Shown: positions 60,829 through 64,000 of the stretch, piece by piece
Layout of the letters: the number at the start of each line of letters is the position of its first letter
Position numbering within the stretch: the first letter of the stretch is position 1
DNA from: Saccostrea cucullata
Lineage: Eukaryota
Assembly (NCBI RefSeq): GCF_032062105.1
Contig: NW_026931035.1
Span: 310,001-374,000 of the forward strand
DNA: 64,000 nucleotides
Reading direction: 5' to 3'
Position numbers and translations under genes: made by a program
Notes under the pieces: generated by a model
Database searches by the model: none
What the model was told of the DNA's origin: nothing
The model's input: only the letters and a program-made list of their open reading frames with translations

Positions 60829-61533
60829 TATTCTAGACTTTATAGTATTAGGTCTTAAGACAGCTACATAAAAAGCAAACATCTATATACAAATTGTATG
60901 TTATTATATAGAGAATAATACATAACTGACCCTTTTTTTACAATATGGTGTCTCGGGCTGATACAGGATGTGATGTGGAAAAGGGTCGGCCCTCTGGCTG
61001 ATATTGGTGTCTCGGGCTGATACAGGATGTGATATGGAAAATATGTATTAATATGACCCCATGAAAATATGTGATTTTACAGTAAATTCTAGACTTTATA
61101 CTATTAGATCTTACATAAAAAGCAAACATCTATATACAAATTGTATGTTATTATTGTGTTGTTTATTCTTCTGATATCATTTATTTACAAGTATCTATTT
61201 TTTTTTGTTACAGAGCAGTTAGATTTATTTGTTGTGAAATTCAATGTACATATGATCAAACCCTGTTACACATCTGTGTTTGTACATCTTTGTTTACGTG
61301 GTCTGATTGGTTGCAAAAAAATTATATACCCTTTGCCAGTCTAGTGTTTTGGGAGAAGAAATTGAATACCTACAGACAATAGCTTCAAGACACCAGACAG
61401 ACAATGAGCGATTCTGACCAGAAAAGCTCCTTGGGCTTTTGGCTCAGGTGAGTTATGTGTCGAATCAAAACACCCCCCCATCCCTGCTTTAAACCTTACA
61501 CTTTATGATTTTTTCTTCCATTTATTGGCTGAC

Positions 61534-61666
61534 CTGCTTTGGTGGTGCCTTTGTGGTACCCCAGCTGAGAGTCTGTGTTGATTCCACAACCATACAACTT
61601 CCTCTTCCCATCAGGCCCTTGTAGAATGAAGACTGTAAAACCATACCCACAGTCCAAGGACCGGGC
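61534..61666 (-). CDS. RCC1L: RCC1L exon (ARSLDCGYGFTVF...LYGCGINTDSQLGYHKGTTKA)
   Basis: CGYGFT and GxNxDSQLG motifs; TTTTGTAG acceptor, GTCAGC donor. Confidence 0.93.
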
Positions 61667-61732
61667 CTACAAAAATCAAAGTACTGACAGGATCTATGGT
61701 ACAGTGGAATGAGCGAATTATGAAATAACTTA

Positions 61733-62443
61733 GGTCACTTTTTTTAATTAGTTGTTTTTCAAAACAGCCGACTTAAAATTCAACAAATTTTTTAAAGTAA
61801 AATTTTTTTATGGACATTTTTTATTATTTTAAATTGCTGCTGAAAAATACAAAACTAGATTTTTGGGGGAAAAAAATGTGTCATATGCAAAATGGCGACG
61901 ACCACGGAAAGGAGCATGTCAGCAATGGCTCATTTCTTCCGAGTCAAAATTTAACATACATTAGGTAAAAAAAAAAAGAGCATTTTTATTTCATGGTGAG
62001 TGCAATAAAAAGGAAATTTAAACAAGGTTTTTTTTTTTTTTTAATAGGAATCACTCAGAAGTTTTCTTCAATATGTAAATAAGAGTGTTGGTAAAATGGA
62101 ACATCAACAAAGAAACATTTCAAGTTAAAATAAATTGGGATCAAACGATATACCGCAACATGAAATCAAAAATTAAAATCACTCCTAAAATAAGGCAAAC
62201 ATACACATTTTGTTTAAAATATGTATTTATTATTTTAAACTAGAGTAGATTAACATACAAAAAGCAGTTTAATTGCAGTTAAAAGATTATATAATTTTAA
62301 CAGTGTAACAACTCCATCGTATTCTATCGTCTCTGTTTAGTAGGACCGCTTTTCAACTGACTCTTCTTTTTTTTTCAATTGACCGACCTATAGTTATTTT
62401 TTTTGAAAATAGTTTTGAAAAACAACTTATTAAAAAAGTGGCC
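61733..62443. mobile_element. Non-autonomous PIF/Harbinger-like element
   Basis: ~33-bp TIRs GGTCACTTTTTT..TAGTTGTTTTTCAAAAC / GTTTTGAAAAACAACTTATTAAAAAAGTGGCC, with TTA on both sides. Confidence 0.75.
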
Positions 62444-63173
62444 TTATCAAGTCCAACTGGAAATTCCATTATGATTCACAATCAAAATTAATTGGATTTT
62501 TTATTTACGTAATAAAATACATGTACTCTACATACTCTATATTGTTGTTTCTTTCATCTATATAGCATAAAGTGCACATGTACGCCTATATTTAAGTTAA
62601 ATGAACTGAGTTACTGATACATTTATTTGACTTTGGTAATTAAAGGTAGAAATACTACTTGTTTTCAATTTCAGTTCCACGAAAAAACATTTTAAAGTCC
62701 ATAAAAATAATGTTTATCATATTGACTATTGAAATATAAAAGATTTTTATTTTCATGTTTTTGTTTTTGTTTTTTTTTTTTGATATATTGCTATTAAAAA
62801 CTTTACACTCAATGTTCACATAGTTCATATTTAATTTGAATTTGTTCAGAGAAATAATGCAAAATGCATCTGTATAATGTACATTAAATCTGTAAGATTT
62901 TTGTCCAGTTTTCAAATCTGTAACTATAGCTTGACTTGATGTATACTGGGTTATTTTTCACCTGTGTTATTTTCACCTCACACTTGCAAACAATTTAATT
63001 GCCCATTCATAGATCTGTTTCAGAAGTCATACTGTGTTCTTTGAATTCACCCCCTTTCAAATCTGAGTAGGGCAAAGGGCTGAAAATCAGACATGGACAA
63101 ACATTTCCCTGTATACAGTATCACCAGGTTTTAGTTAAGTATTCTGATTCATTTACCCTACAATTTGACTTAC

Positions 63174-63274
63174 GACTAAGTTGTTCTCCAGTAGAAATCG
63201 CAGTCTTGCTGGTCTGCTCATCTGGGCCAGGTATTTCTGTTTCTTCTCTTTATGCCTAAGATAAGAGCTGATGC
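63174..63274 (-). CDS. RCC1L: RCC1L exon, most 5' in window (GISSYLRHKEKKQKYLAQMSRPARLRFLLENNLV); gene continues beyond the window
   Basis: TATTTTAG acceptor, GTAAGT donor, open frame, phase-0 join to the next exon. Confidence 0.75.
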
Positions 63275-64000
63275 CTAAAATAGTGAATTTAATGTATTTA
63301 TCTGACTCATGTTCAAAGCTGCAATGTCCATTCTATGTAAAAAAAAAAAAAAACATAAAAATTATACTGTAGTGTGAAGTTTTCACATTTGGAGGGGGAT
63401 ACAAAGTGACAAGTCTCTTTGTACTAATGAAAGCCACAAAAATTGACCTCCAAGAAAATAAGTGATTTCACAGTACATTGTACTTATATTGAATTGTAAA
63501 TTTTGGATGTTCAACAGGTTATAATGTGGACGGACCATGCATTAGCACATTAAGAGAATTTGTCTGTATACCTGTCCCTCTTTTAAGAAATTGAAGTCTA
63601 AAATTTACAACCCAATACTTACATTTTCATTTTTAAATGTCATAGTTGATTGATAATAAATCATGTACTTTTTTGAAGTTTAGAATATTTGCCTGGTTTA
63701 AAATGACATATTCCACACATGTACAGTACATCTATCATAAGGAAGCACACGATACTGTTCAAAATAAGCAGGAATTTAGATTTTTGCTAATGACATAGCA
63801 AATATTTGTGATGTCAAAATTAAAATCATATTAGCGTAACATTTTGAATTCTCTGTCCATGTGATGGTGTTTTGAATACTGAAGCTTTCCACACATATTA
63901 CAAGGAAACATGTGCCAGTTAAGCATATTCAGAATATTACCAGTATATCCACTCAAAGATCTATATTTCACAGGGATGGTACCAGATATTTGGGAGGGGG

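Overview
AT-rich, intron-rich animal genomic DNA. The repeat families (Helentron/HINE-type elements with internal satellites, a tRNA-derived SINE) suggest a bivalve, probably an oyster; that assignment is an inference. The window holds two convergent genes. (1) On the + strand is a complete hunchback (hb) gene. I reconstruct five coding exons (6082-6118, 10750-10921, 29679-30205, 32715-32929, 33109-35232; 1024 aa; all splice phases compatible) encoding nine C2H2 fingers. It has an 18.8-kb, transposon-poor, motif-rich intron and a ~2.5-kb 3' UTR. (2) On the - strand are ten exons of RCC1L/WBSCR16 (63274 down to 40458; the 5' end is outside the window), with transposon-rich introns. The three most interesting observations are: (a) the hb 3' UTR carries both nematode-style heterochronic miRNA sites (let-7 x2 with 3' pairing, lin-4/miR-125 8mer) and fly-style Nanos/Pumilio elements; (b) a consensus-matching recursive-splicing point (pyrimidine tract-AG|GTAAGT followed by a 63-nt poison cryptic exon) lies in the long hb intron; (c) three intronic minisatellites abut a 3' splice site and are each built from copies of that junction or exon start. 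All calls come from manual reading; no searches or folding were run.
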